Positions 18,238 to 28,780 are shown, counted from the first letter of the stretch. The stretch is 64,000 nucleotides of DNA from Candidatus Cloacimonadales bacterium (GCA_963663475.2 CAXXJV010000001.1:800001-864000), one strand, 5' to 3'. Notes: a model not told the origin generated them from the letters alone. Numbers and translations: made by a program.

Positions 18238-19838
18238 GCTCTTGCAAGGTAATGAAAGTTCTCTACTAGAAAAGCAATAATTTCGATACCTAGCAAATTT
18301 AATTGAACAACTTTCTTCTTTTTAAGCCATTTGAGGTGGTTAGCAGAATTAGTTAAATTAAGGTCATATAAGAGAGAAATTGTAGAGTTAATTTTTGGAA
18401 AAGCATCTTCAATATTTTTAGAAAGATAATCTGGAGATTGTAAAAGTACGGACTGTATAATTTGATACATTGATGTATTTGGTCTTCTGAAAATTCTATT
18501 AAGATTATTTTTATCTAGTTTGAGAAGTCTATTTTTCCATTTACTTGCCTTAACTTTTCTTTGCAGGAGCTGATTAGTAAATTTAGGATTAGTGGAAGGT
18601 ATATCTTTTAAATAGGACTCATTTCCAGTAAAAATATTAGAAATAATTGCTTCCATAAAGATTTTTTGTTCAGCTCTTTGCTGTCTACAAGTATTATTTA
18701 GGAATTCCATAATTCTTCTATCAAAAAGAGGCATGAAAACTTCAATATTGTTAAAACGGTAATTATTAGAAGTATTAATAATATACTTATGTTGCCTATT
18801 TTCGATATTCCACCTGTCATAATTACTATCATAAGCTTGATCTTTAAAGTGAGACATGGAAGACTTAATATTAGCAAGTAGGATATCTTTAAATTTTGGT
18901 GAAGATATAAGGCTTTGATTACATTGAGAATGAATTATCTTGTTGATTAATTGCTCTTGATTTTTAATAGGGAGTGAATCTTGATAGGGTGGTCTTAACC
19001 AAAAACTAGTAAAGCCAGTGGTAAGCCACTGCGTAGATCCTTTAAGAGAATTACTTACCAGCCAGTCACTTTCAAAAGGTAATGATCTAGCTAAGAAACC
19101 ACTATCTAAGAAGTTTTTAAGTTTACTCCCCGTAAAATAAGGAGCTAGATTCATTCTATCAAAATAAAACATTTGGTGTTTAATCTGAGATTGGTCAGCT
19201 ATTTGATTTACTATTTTAGTATCTGGATTATCTTGGCTACCATAAGTGAGACTTGAGAAGGAAGTTTTATTCTTTCTAAAAAGTGAAAGAATGAGACGGG
19301 AGTCGATACCACCTGTCAAAGCTAGAATACTTGTTGAGAAATTCTTGGGTATTAGGCTAAGAAAGATATCTGACAAATCGCTTTTATCTCTTACCTTGCT
19401 ACTTTGTAAGTCAATAGAAAACCATTCTTGTCTCGTGATATTCTTCTGGATAGAGTCATAGGTATAGAGATTACCTGGCAGGCATTCCTTGATATCGGAG
19501 TAGATTGTTTTATCTCCATAACAAAAGCCAGAAGCAAGCAAACAAAGAATATTTTCATCACTTAGTTTAGAAAGTTTACCTTCTTTAGAAGGGGCTAAAA
19601 GGAGTTCAAAGTTAGGAAGATCTCTATAAAATAAGGAATAACCACCAAAATGGTCAATACCAAAATAGGTTTTTGATTCTGAATTTATAGCAAATCTAAA
19701 AGAACCATTTAAGTCAGATATAACCTGATAAGGATTGCTATCTTGCAATAAAAGCTCAAGCTTAGCACTTGCAGCTTGATCTTTAAAGATCAGATTATCT
19801 ATAATAAAATATCCAGTAAAAAACTTAACTTTATACAA
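18234..19838 (-). CDS. Asparagine-synthetase-related amidoligase
   Basis: LNGSF, DHFG, LTGGIDSR PP-loop, MPLFD; no N-terminal Cys. Confidence 0.75.
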   Translation of the reverse strand: MYKVKFFTGYFIIDNLIFKDQAASAKLELLLQDSNPYQVISDLNGSFRFAINSESKTYFGIDHFGGYSLFYRDLPNFELLLAPSKEGKLSKLSDENILCLLASGFCYGDKTIYSDIKECLPGNLYTYDSIQKNITRQEWFSIDLQSSKVRDKSDLSDIFLSLIPKNFSTSILALTGGIDSRLILSLFRKNKTSFSSLTYGSQDNPDTKIVNQIADQSQIKHQMFYFDRMNLAPYFTGSKLKNFLDSGFLARSLPFESDWLVSNSLKGSTQWLTTGFTSFWLRPPYQDSLPIKNQEQLINKIIHSQCNQSLISSPKFKDILLANIKSSMSHFKDQAYDSNYDRWNIENRQHKYIINTSNNYRFNNIEVFMPLFDRRIMEFLNNTCRQQRAEQKIFMEAIISNIFTGNESYLKDIPSTNPKFTNQLLQRKVKASKWKNRLLKLDKNNLNRIFRRPNTSMYQIIQSVLLQSPDYLSKNIEDAFPKINSTISLLYDLNLTNSANHLKWLKKKKVVQLNLLGIEIIAFLVENFHYLARA

Positions 19839-19910
19839 TATTTATCTCCTTGATGAGTAGATAAAAATCTTATAAAAATATGGCAAGAAAAATATCAGAT
19901 AATTTATTTA

Positions 19911-19939
19911 TTGACGATTGAAAGATAAGATGATAAGTT
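19911..19939 (+). promoter_or_regulatory. Putative sigma70 promoter
   Basis: TTGACG-17 nt-TAAGTT. Confidence 0.5.
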
Positions 19940-19966
19940 CGTTTCAAATTAAATTGAGGAGCTATA

Positions 19967-21631
19967 ATGCGGAAATACTATCTTATTCTTCTTTTTTTTG
20001 GAACCATTGGTTTACTCATAGGTAAATCATATTATGTAAAGGATTTTATTAGCAATATAGATGTTAATCTAGATGGCAGTCTTAATATTGAAGAAAGTAT
20101 GTCTTATCAATTTGATGGAGGTCCTTTTCGCTGGGTTAATAGAGATGTTAGGTCTCCTCGGAAAGGTTTTATTCTTTTAGAGGAAGCCTTGATTGATGGG
20201 AAGCTCTTAAAGATGGGGAGTGGGCCAGGAACTATTTCCTTAAAAAAATCAGACCACCTAAAAGTTAAATTTAATTTAGCTAATATCTCAGATCAGTTAG
20301 TAAAATTTACCTTGAAATATAAAGTCTATAATGCCCTTGTTACTAAAGGAGAAAAAGCAGTTTTGGCTTGGACTCCTCTACCTGATAGATACAAGTTCCA
20401 GATAAAAAAAGGGAAAGTAATTCTTAACTTCCCAGACCAAATACCTGTAAGCAAGATAGTTAATTTCTTGGAGGAAGTTGATGGTGTTACATATAAAGAA
20501 GAAGGAAATAGTCTTATTTGCTCATTTAAGAATCTCTCAGGTGAATCATTTGAGATTGAATCTAACCTACCCTTAGATGAGATGCAACTCATAACTTATC
20601 CTTCTCCCCAAAAGAGTTCATCTCTAGAAGATAGCTATCCTAATTATAGCTCTTATATAAGCTTATATAAGTTTTTAATCTTAGGCTTAATTCTATTTTT
20701 AATATATGTGATTTTTGTTTTGATAATCCGCTATGATAAGCAAATCAAAAAATTACCTAAAGTAACTAAACTTCCTTCTCACAAGCATCCTTCTTTGGTA
20801 GCAAGACTCTTACAAGTTGGGTCTGACGACTTGAATTTAATCCCTGTTTTGATGCATATGGCGATTAAACAACTTATAGTTTTTACCCAAATGACCAATA
20901 AAAAGGGGAAAACAATCAAGGACTACTATGTCGATATAGCTAGTGACTTAACTAAGGCTGATGATTTTGATCTAGCTTACCTTGATTTGTTGAAGAAGCA
21001 TGAAGAAAGAAAGAAGAAAAGAATAGAACTAAAATCTCTGGTAACTAATTCCTATAAATACAAGAAGGATGTTTTAAAAGTAATAAATCAGAAATTTGAT
21101 GAGACTGGTTTTGTTGATATTCAAAAGAAAAAGAAATATTATCAAAAAGTTATCTTCTTCTTTATTCTTTTAATAATAGGAGTTGTTGCTTCTATCTTAG
21201 GGGCTATCTTCTTTACTAAAGGTTTTGCCTTAGCACCAATACCTGCTTTTATTATCATGTCCTACTGGGTTTATATGATGCTACACTTAGATGATAAGGT
21301 AATTCTTAGTTCTCTTGGCTACAGTAAATGGAAAGAATGGAAAGCCTTCCGAAATTATATAAGTAAAGCTCTAAGAAATAAGGCTGATGATTTAGATCCT
21401 AATGATTCTGAACTTGTCTTTCCTTATATACTCATAATGGGTTATGGTCAGCAATATTTACGTTATTTTAAAAAGAAAAATATTGAACTTAACTTCCCTA
21501 ATCTAGGTGAAATTGCCGATGATATTGAATCCTTAAATACTCTGATAACAGTAGTAGTTGTAACTTCTGCAACAAGCGGTGGAGGTGGTGCTACTAGTGG
21601 TGGCGGAGGTGGTGGAGTTAGTGCTGGTTAG
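19967..21631 (+). CDS. DUF2207 family membrane protein
   Basis: DGSLNIEE, YKVYNA, WKAFRNY, FPY...MG and a Gly-rich C-terminal tail. Confidence 0.85.
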   Translation: MRKYYLILLFFGTIGLLIGKSYYVKDFISNIDVNLDGSLNIEESMSYQFDGGPFRWVNRDVRSPRKGFILLEEALIDGKLLKMGSGPGTISLKKSDHLKVKFNLANISDQLVKFTLKYKVYNALVTKGEKAVLAWTPLPDRYKFQIKKGKVILNFPDQIPVSKIVNFLEEVDGVTYKEEGNSLICSFKNLSGESFEIESNLPLDEMQLITYPSPQKSSSLEDSYPNYSSYISLYKFLILGLILFLIYVIFVLIIRYDKQIKKLPKVTKLPSHKHPSLVARLLQVGSDDLNLIPVLMHMAIKQLIVFTQMTNKKGKTIKDYYVDIASDLTKADDFDLAYLDLLKKHEERKKKRIELKSLVTNSYKYKKDVLKVINQKFDETGFVDIQKKKKYYQKVIFFFILLIIGVVASILGAIFFTKGFALAPIPAFIIMSYWVYMMLHLDDKVILSSLGYSKWKEWKAFRNYISKALRNKADDLDPNDSELVFPYILIMGYGQQYLRYFKKKNIELNFPNLGEIADDIESLNTLITVVVVTSATSGGGGATSGGGGGGVSAG

Positions 21632-21632
21632 T

Positions 21633-21801
21633 TTATCCTAAATAATGCAGTAGAGCTTTGTGAATAGCACTATATTCTTCTGCAAAAGTAACTTCCATAA
21701 TTTCTCCGAATATATAAATTATATGCGTCAAAATTCTGTAAGCTATTTTGCTAGAATAATCTGCACTCTTCACTAAAGCTCTACTACACTATCTAGGTTT
21801 A
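21633..21801. repeat. Family A full-length copy 2
   Basis: Near-identical to 11413-11581; begins 2 nt after the DUF2207 stop codon. Confidence 0.93.
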
Positions 21802-21827
21802 TAAAAAATAATCATAATGGAGGAAAC

Positions 21828-22952
21828 ATGAAATCTATAATAATAGTAATTTTATTAGTAGTCTTTTCATCTGCTTTTGCTCAGTCTTACAGTGATCATA
21901 TGAGTGATTTTGAAAAATATAAACAAGAACAAAATCAACAAGAGGAAAACTATTATAAGTTTGCTCAGAACTTTAAGGCTTATCAGGATGAACACTTTAT
22001 AAAATATGAATCCTATATTGAAGATATTTGGGGAGACTTTAAAGAATCATCACCTAAAACTTGGGTAGGATATTCAGAAGATTTTTCAGGTAGAACATCA
22101 GTAGATTTTGATTCATCAAAGGTTGTGGTCGAAGTAGTGGTTGATGCCGATTCTGATGATGCGGAAGTTAAACAGAAATTAGAAGCTCTAACCAAGAAAA
22201 TATTAGAAGAAAAAGACGAGACTGGTACAAGAATTCTAGAAGGTCAAGTAGCTTCTCCAAAGGATTCCAATAAGGCAATATCTCCTTCTGATGCTAAAGA
22301 GGTTGTTGAACAAGCTAAGATTGTGGAAAAAGAAATTAATGGTAAGAAAGTATATTCAATTAATCTTGATTTAGTATCTGATAGCGATAAGAAAAGAATA
22401 GCCAAATATGAAGACTTGATTTCTAAATATTGTAAAGAGGCTGGTATTGAACCTGCTTTAGCTTTGGCTATTATTAAAACAGAATCTTGCTTCAATCCTA
22501 GAGCTTATAATAGAAGTGGTAATGCTTATGGAATGATGCAAATTGTGCCCAAATATGCTGGAAGAACAATGAACAGAATCCTTTACAAAAAGGACAAAGA
22601 ACCTGGAAGTAAAACTTTATTTGATCCTGAAAAGAACTTACGTATGGGGATTAATTTCTTAGGTCATTTAAAATCAACTTCTTGGAAAAAGATAAAGAAT
22701 GAAGTAAATCAAAGATATTGTGTAATATGTAGTTATAATGGTGGTTCTGGTGCTATTTATATTGCTCTTGCAGGTAAAACAAGTAAAATTCCCCAAGAGA
22801 AATGGGATGCTATGATGGACTTGCTTAACTCTGATAATAATAAGAAGGTCTATAATTTACTTCATACAAAATCTTGGGAAGAAACCCGCCACTATATTAA
22901 AGTGGTAGAAGAGAGATATAAACAGTATCTAGCCTATAATGAGAAATTATAG
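21828..22952 (+). CDS. MltC-like lytic murein transglycosylase
   Basis: SLT motifs IIKTESCFNP, AYGMMQ, SYNGG, ETRHY; N-terminal GRTSVDF region. Confidence 0.85.
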   Translation: MKSIIIVILLVVFSSAFAQSYSDHMSDFEKYKQEQNQQEENYYKFAQNFKAYQDEHFIKYESYIEDIWGDFKESSPKTWVGYSEDFSGRTSVDFDSSKVVVEVVVDADSDDAEVKQKLEALTKKILEEKDETGTRILEGQVASPKDSNKAISPSDAKEVVEQAKIVEKEINGKKVYSINLDLVSDSDKKRIAKYEDLISKYCKEAGIEPALALAIIKTESCFNPRAYNRSGNAYGMMQIVPKYAGRTMNRILYKKDKEPGSKTLFDPEKNLRMGINFLGHLKSTSWKKIKNEVNQRYCVICSYNGGSGAIYIALAGKTSKIPQEKWDAMMDLLNSDNNKKVYNLLHTKSWEETRHYIKVVEERYKQYLAYNEKL

Positions 22953-23050
22953 ATAATTGGGTCTTTTTATGGATTAGTATTTGCATAAAAATACAATTAA
23001 CATATTATTTTTAGTGATGTGAAAATATTATCTAATTTAGAGGAGCTTAA

Positions 23051-24766
23051 ATGGATGTGATTAAAAAAACAACATTGTTATTGTTACTACTTTTTTCAGT
23101 AGTTGGATTACTATCTGCTCAAGAGGCAGAAGTAACACTTAATTTAGAACAGAATGGTGATACAGGGCTAATTACAGCAACTTTTATCATACCGGAAGGT
23201 CTTCATCAAAGTTATGAAATTGATGATGAATTTGCCCAGTTTTATCTTTACTCTGAAAGTCCAGGTCTGGAGTTTGGAGATGTAGTTTATCCTCAAATTC
23301 AAGGAAAAGAATCTGGAGAAATAATTGAATATCATGGCACTGTATCCCTTACTTTACCTTTTGTAATCAAGGATGCTAGCGTAAAAGAGATAGATGTGGA
23401 GTATTCATACCAATTATGCCTAGATTCAGGTGCTTGCTTAAGACCAGTATCTGCCAATGAAAGCTTAGCACTTGATAGTAGTCTTATAGGTCAAGAGACC
23501 AAGGAAGAAGCTGGGACTAATCAAGAAGAGCAAGCTTCAGGTTCAAAAGTTCTTTACTTTATTGTACTAGCTTTTCTCGGTGGTGTTTTACTCAATGTAA
23601 TGCCATGTGTGTTACCAGTTCTTTCAATAAGAGCAATGAGTCTTGTTCGTCAAAGCCAAGATAATAAATCAAACATCTTGAAAGGTTCCCTTGCTTATAC
23701 TTTTGGTATTGTAATTTCATTTATAATTTTAGCAACGCTAGTTGTGGTAATAAAATCTACTGGTGAATCTCTATCATGGGGATTTCAATTCCAGAACCCA
23801 TGGTTTGTCTTTGGTCTAATAGTAGCCATCTGGGTTTTCACTTTATCATTATATGAAGTATTCCAGTTACGAGTACCAGGAATGAATATGGCTACTCAGG
23901 CCTCTAATAAGGGAGGGATAACTGGTTCCTTCTTCTCAGGCATTTTTGCTGTTCTTTTGGCAACACCATGTACAGCACCACTACTAGCTCCAGCTATTGG
24001 TTTTGCCTTCCAGCAACCACCAGCAATAATATTTATATCCTTCATTATGATAGGATTAGGTCTTGCTTTCCCATTTATTCTCTTAGGCTTTGCTCCTAAA
24101 GCAATTAAATTAATTCCTAAACCAGGTGATTGGATGACTACCTTTAAAGAGATTATGGGTTTCTTACTCTTTGGTACAGCTCTTTATCTCTTATACACTC
24201 TACATTACCTTGTAAGTGGAATGGCCTTCTTAAATACTTTAACCTTCTTATTAGTTTTAAGTTTTGCTAGTTGGATATATGGAAGATTTGCAGGTCCAAT
24301 GAGTTCTCTTACCAAGCAGTGGATTTGGACTATTATTGCCTTAGCTTTAATTTTTGGCTCAGCTCATTACTTACTTGATTATTCTCCAGATACAAGTCTT
24401 GTTAGTGAAGAGAATCATAATCCTCCAACAGCTCAATGGCAAAAGTTTACTGAAGAGAATCTTGCTAAGTATAGGCAAGATAACAAGGCAGTTTTTGTAG
24501 CTTTTGGGGCAAAATGGTGTACTTCTTGTAAGGTAAATGAAGCAAATGTTTTTAAGAAAGATGAAATTAAAGACTTCTTTGATGAAAAGGATGTAGTGTT
24601 ACTTTATGGCGATAATACAAGAAAGAATGAACTTGTTGAGAAATGGCTAGCTAAGTATCAGAGAGCTGGGGTTCCTTTCTATATTTACTTTGCTCCTGGA
24701 GCTGATCAAGGAGTAGTTCTTCCTGAGCTTATTTCTCCTTCTACAATAACTGATTTAATTAAATAG
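23051..24766 (+). CDS. dsbD: Protein-disulfide reductase, DsbD family (complete alpha-beta-gamma architecture)
   Basis: QLCLDSGACL, MPCVLP, TPCTAP, PKPGDWM and WCTSC. Confidence 0.9.
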   Translation: MDVIKKTTLLLLLLFSVVGLLSAQEAEVTLNLEQNGDTGLITATFIIPEGLHQSYEIDDEFAQFYLYSESPGLEFGDVVYPQIQGKESGEIIEYHGTVSLTLPFVIKDASVKEIDVEYSYQLCLDSGACLRPVSANESLALDSSLIGQETKEEAGTNQEEQASGSKVLYFIVLAFLGGVLLNVMPCVLPVLSIRAMSLVRQSQDNKSNILKGSLAYTFGIVISFIILATLVVVIKSTGESLSWGFQFQNPWFVFGLIVAIWVFTLSLYEVFQLRVPGMNMATQASNKGGITGSFFSGIFAVLLATPCTAPLLAPAIGFAFQQPPAIIFISFIMIGLGLAFPFILLGFAPKAIKLIPKPGDWMTTFKEIMGFLLFGTALYLLYTLHYLVSGMAFLNTLTFLLVLSFASWIYGRFAGPMSSLTKQWIWTIIALALIFGSAHYLLDYSPDTSLVSEENHNPPTAQWQKFTEENLAKYRQDNKAVFVAFGAKWCTSCKVNEANVFKKDEIKDFFDEKDVVLLYGDNTRKNELVEKWLAKYQRAGVPFYIYFAPGADQGVVLPELISPSTITDLIK

Positions 24767-24775
24767 AGGATAAGC

Positions 24776-25876
24776 ATGAATAGAAAGATAACTTTAATAA
24801 TTCTGGTGATTATTTCTCTTTTAGCTATTCTAGCTTGTGATAGATTTGATAAACCAACAGCTAATGATGAAGAAACTCCAGATTATCAAACTATTGTTAA
24901 TGAATTTTTTAATAATTTTCAAGTAGTAGCTGATACTATTTCAGCAGATAATGTTGAGTATTTTATGGAGTTTTTCCATCCAGAATACTTGTATAATGGC
25001 CTAACTAAAGCTGATATTCAAGATATGATAAATTCTATCTTCATGGTTAATGAACCTCGTTTCATTCAAGTTATTATGATTGATCATAATCAACTAAATG
25101 TGGAATGGAAAATAAGAGTGACTACTCTTAATGATGTATTTGTAGAAGAACATATCTTTGCAGATGTAATGTTAAAAGATGGGGATAACTATTATCTTTA
25201 TGGAAATCAAGTTGAACCTGTGGAAGAAGATAAGTTAATGGTTTTTGCTGAAATAATGACTGCTACTTGGTGTGGAACTTGTCCTCAAGTAGAAGAAGCA
25301 ATGCATGAATATCAAACAAGCAATCCTCAGCAATTTTTCTATCTTGAATACCATGTTATGGACTCAATTGCTGGAGAACATGATTTCTTTGACAACTTCT
25401 ATGGTTTCACAAATCCTCCAGTAGCAGTTATTCAGGGAGTAGATAGTTTTATTGGTGATCAAAGCTCTACTTATCCAGCTATTTTAGATAATTATAAGGA
25501 CATGGATGCCCAACTCAAACTTAGTAACTTAAGTCAGGTTGCGGGTAGTGAAAACTATCAAGCTTCGCTAGATATAGAAAAATTAACTAGCCAAGACTTT
25601 GATACTTCAAATCTAAAATTAAGATGGGCCTTTTATGAAGAGGTCTCACCTGTTAATAATTATGAAGGCCAGCCTTGCCGTCATGTAGTCTTAACAGAAG
25701 GCTATTTTGATATTACTAGCGAAGATTTAAATACTAGTTTTTCAATAAATTTAGACTATCCTCGTGAAATTCCAGACGATTTAGGTATTGTTTTCTGGTT
25801 ACAAACAGCTAATGATAGTCATGATGATAACTCATTTATTCATGCATGGATTAAAGAAGATTTAGGGAGTAAATAA
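24776..25876 (+). CDS. Lipoprotein with a thioredoxin-like, Omp28-related domain
   Basis: Lipobox ILAC; AEIMTATWCGTCP; YLEYH; RHVV. Confidence 0.75.
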   Translation: MNRKITLIILVIISLLAILACDRFDKPTANDEETPDYQTIVNEFFNNFQVVADTISADNVEYFMEFFHPEYLYNGLTKADIQDMINSIFMVNEPRFIQVIMIDHNQLNVEWKIRVTTLNDVFVEEHIFADVMLKDGDNYYLYGNQVEPVEEDKLMVFAEIMTATWCGTCPQVEEAMHEYQTSNPQQFFYLEYHVMDSIAGEHDFFDNFYGFTNPPVAVIQGVDSFIGDQSSTYPAILDNYKDMDAQLKLSNLSQVAGSENYQASLDIEKLTSQDFDTSNLKLRWAFYEEVSPVNNYEGQPCRHVVLTEGYFDITSEDLNTSFSINLDYPREIPDDLGIVFWLQTANDSHDDNSFIHAWIKEDLGSK

Positions 25877-26391
25877 TGAAAAAGAATAAAGTTATATTAA
25901 TTGTTGTTTTAGTTTTGATGACATTATCTTTAGTAGCAGAGAAACCTTTTACTAGTTTCAAATTAGAAGATGAAAAGGGCGGTGTTTTTCAGTTAAAGGA
26001 TTTCACTGGTAAAGGACTTATTGTAGTTGATTTCTGGGCAAGTTATTGCGACCCATGTAAAAAAGCACTTCCTCACATGGAAGAACTTCATGTTAATAAC
26101 GATAATGTACAAGTAATTGCTATCAATATTGATAACCCTAGATTAAAAAGAAAAGCAATGGCTTATATTAAATCAAAGAAATTCACCTTTACTACTCTCT
26201 ATGATTCTGATGCAAAGGTTGCTGATAAAATGAGAGTAACTGAAATACCTTATACCTTCTTGTTAGATAATCAAGGTAATATTCTCTTTGAATTTTCTTC
26301 AGGAAAAGCTGATGCTCATGAAGTTTTACAAACTCAAATAGATAAGGCTTTAAATGCAGTTTATCACCAAGATATTGAGGTTAAAGAATAA
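25876..26391 (+). CDS. TlpA-family thiol:disulfide oxidoreductase
   Basis: Signal peptide; VDFWASYCDPC; IPYTFLLD. Confidence 0.9.
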   Translation: MKKNKVILIVVLVLMTLSLVAEKPFTSFKLEDEKGGVFQLKDFTGKGLIVVDFWASYCDPCKKALPHMEELHVNNDNVQVIAINIDNPRLKRKAMAYIKSKKFTFTTLYDSDAKVADKMRVTEIPYTFLLDNQGNILFEFSSGKADAHEVLQTQIDKALNAVYHQDIEVKE

Positions 26392-26393
26392 CT

Positions 26394-27821
26394 ATGACTA
26401 AGAAGATAATTACTTTATTTATATTAGTTGCTAGTTTTACTCTTATTAGTGCTGATATTTATATCTCTGGGTTTAATCAAGCTGAGTTTATTCACAGAAG
26501 TGCAGAAGATTCACTAAAGAATTATTTCGAAAATGAATTGGGACTTCTTGTGGATTATAATAAGCTTTCTTTTGGTATAACTTTTAACGCCTACTTACCT
26601 AAGTATGATGATGAAGCACCTTTACAAGATCTTAGATCACGTGATATTTCTTATGAATGGGATGAGAGATATCTAACTTATTCAGGCGATTATATCGGAC
26701 TTAAAGTTGGTACTCTTTCTGAATCTTTTGGAACAGGTATGACCTTTAGAGCTTATGAAGATGAAGATTTAAATCATGATAATAGACTTGAGGGGGCAAT
26801 GACCTCTTTTAATTATGGAGCATTTAAATCAAAAGCAATTTATGGTGTAACCCCTGTAGCAGAAGTAGAAGATAAAGATGATTCTTTTGCTGGTCTAGAA
26901 ATGAGTCTCTCTAATAATTATCTTACTTTTGGAGCTTCAGCTCTTCAGATAAGAGAAAGAATTACTGACACAAATTATTCTGATAGACAAGTCTTTAGCA
27001 GTAATCTGAATATCTACTTAGATTTCATGGATATCTATGGAGAATATGCCTATTCAGAACTAGAAACTAATATTATGACTTATGGCCATGGTATCTATGC
27101 TAATTCTAATTTCTATTTAGGTGATATTACCTTCTCAGCTTTCTATAAAAAGTTCGAAAACTTTAACTATGACCTTAATGATCTTCCTACTCTTAATCAT
27201 GCAGACGATGTATTAGATGACTACATAGAAGTGGGATTAGATGAAGAAGGAGCAATGGGGGAATTAACTTGGGATAATTCTTTTGCTAAGCTATTTACCT
27301 CCTATGCTGAAGCTTGGTCAAGTGATTATAACTATAGATTGTCTAATGGCTATGTTGAAACATCAAAGTATCTAGGGGATAAACTTTTAACTATAAGTTA
27401 TGAACATTTTGAAAGAAAGAATAAAGATGGTCAATCTTGGTCAAAAGAACTTACTCCTACTGCCTCGATTGATATTCCATTAGAAAATAATCTTAGCCTA
27501 TATTTAAAAGGCCACTATACCCTTGTAAATGAAGTTCATCTTGGTCAAGAGAAAGACTTTGTTGAACCATTACTACAAACAGATTTTATGTATAAGAATT
27601 ATGCCTTATCTCTAGTAACTGAAGCTCAAATGGAAGATTTATCTTCTATCTCAGATGCTGATTTCTGGTTAGGAGCTACTCTTTCAGCAGCCATTGTAGA
27701 TAATACTAGTATAAATCTATTTGTGGGAAAACAAAAAGGCGGTAAGCTCTGCCAAAATGGTACTTGTAAATATGTAATGCCATTTGAAGGTCTTAAGTTT
27801 GAAATTACTACCAAATTCTAA
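26394..27821 (+). CDS. Outer-membrane beta-barrel (DUF6029-like)
   Basis: Signal peptide, amphipathic strands, FGTGMTFRAYE, C-terminal GGKLCQNGTCKYVMPFEG...TTKF. Confidence 0.75.
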   Translation: MTKKIITLFILVASFTLISADIYISGFNQAEFIHRSAEDSLKNYFENELGLLVDYNKLSFGITFNAYLPKYDDEAPLQDLRSRDISYEWDERYLTYSGDYIGLKVGTLSESFGTGMTFRAYEDEDLNHDNRLEGAMTSFNYGAFKSKAIYGVTPVAEVEDKDDSFAGLEMSLSNNYLTFGASALQIRERITDTNYSDRQVFSSNLNIYLDFMDIYGEYAYSELETNIMTYGHGIYANSNFYLGDITFSAFYKKFENFNYDLNDLPTLNHADDVLDDYIEVGLDEEGAMGELTWDNSFAKLFTSYAEAWSSDYNYRLSNGYVETSKYLGDKLLTISYEHFERKNKDGQSWSKELTPTASIDIPLENNLSLYLKGHYTLVNEVHLGQEKDFVEPLLQTDFMYKNYALSLVTEAQMEDLSSISDADFWLGATLSAAIVDNTSINLFVGKQKGGKLCQNGTCKYVMPFEGLKFEITTKF

Positions 27822-27826
27822 GGAGA

Positions 27827-28573
27827 ATGAAGATGAAAAAAATTATATTTTTTGTGTTATTATTAGGCGTTTTTAGTTTATATGCAGACTTGCTAATTGA
27901 TATTGAGTTTGATACAGACGTAGTTGGAGAAACAGGTACAGAACCTTATACTTCAGAATATTTTCATATAACCAACAATGGTGATACCGCTGAATATACT
28001 ATTGGCTTGAATATGATTGCTTATCCTGAAGGCTGGTTTTTAACCTGGTGCCATGAAGACCTTAGTGATGTTGGTCTCTTTGAAGGTTGTCATCATTATA
28101 CACAGCCATGGACTTTTACTCTCCCAGCTGATGCAGTTTTAGCTGCTGATTTCCAAGTTAATAATATGGGTGGAAATGAAGGAATGATTGTTTTTGAGTA
28201 CATAATATCTGGAGGAGATTTAACAGAGGATATTATTCTTCCTTTTACATTCAGAACTGTAAATTATGTATCTAATGATAATAATGATGTTGTCCCTAAT
28301 GTTACTAGTTTAGGAAACTATCCTAACCCTTTCAACCCTGAGACAAGAATAACTTATACTTTGACAAAGAGTTCTAATGTTAAATTAGATATCTATAATA
28401 TCTTAGGACAACATGTGAGAAGTCTAGTAAACGATTATAAAGCTGCTGGAAATCATAGTATTGTTTGGAATGGTAAAGATAAAAACAATAATGATTTAAG
28501 CTCAGGTTATTACCTTTACAAGCTTAGTGATGGTCTTGAAACTAAAACTAATAAAATGATTCTTTTAAAATAA
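27827..28573 (+). CDS. Small secreted protein with a FlgD-Ig/T9SS-type C-terminal domain
   Basis: Signal peptide; GNYPNPFNPET...WNGKD...TNKMILLK. Confidence 0.85.
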   Translation: MKMKKIIFFVLLLGVFSLYADLLIDIEFDTDVVGETGTEPYTSEYFHITNNGDTAEYTIGLNMIAYPEGWFLTWCHEDLSDVGLFEGCHHYTQPWTFTLPADAVLAADFQVNNMGGNEGMIVFEYIISGGDLTEDIILPFTFRTVNYVSNDNNDVVPNVTSLGNYPNPFNPETRITYTLTKSSNVKLDIYNILGQHVRSLVNDYKAAGNHSIVWNGKDKNNNDLSSGYYLYKLSDGLETKTNKMILLK

Positions 28574-28590
28574 AAAGTAAATGATCTTTG

Positions 28591-28620
28591 ATAAGCCCGG
28601 CTTTGCTGGGCTTATTTATT
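28591..28620 (+). terminator. Rho-independent terminator
   Basis: ATAAGCCCGGC-TTT-GCTGGGCTTAT-TTATT. Confidence 0.8.
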
Positions 28621-28621
28621 A

Positions 28622-28723
28622 TTAACCCGAATGGTCCAGTAGAACTTTGATGAAGAGTGCTAGATTCTTTTGCAAAAGAAGATTCTGCTATTCGCAAAGG
28701 TCTAATGCATTATTTGGGATTAA
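28622..28723. repeat. Family A deleted copy in inverted orientation
   Basis: Reverse complement reads TTAATCCCAAATAATGCATTAGACCTTTGCGAATAGCA...GCACTCTTCATCAAAGTTCTACT. Confidence 0.85.
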
Positions 28724-28726
28724 CTA

Positions 28727-28754
28727 TTGACATAAAATACTTCAATTATAAGAT
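28727..28754 (+). promoter_or_regulatory. Putative sigma70 promoter
   Basis: TTGACA-16 nt-TAAGAT. Confidence 0.5.
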
Positions 28755-28780
28755 AGTAAAAAGATTTTCAGGAGATTTAT

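Noticed and set aside
18234-19838. Lasso peptide cluster
   Set aside because: No precursor, B1/B2 protein or ABC exporter adjacent
21577-21618. GGT/GGA repeat at the end of DUF2207
   Set aside because: Encodes the Gly-rich tail typical of this family, not a contingency repeat
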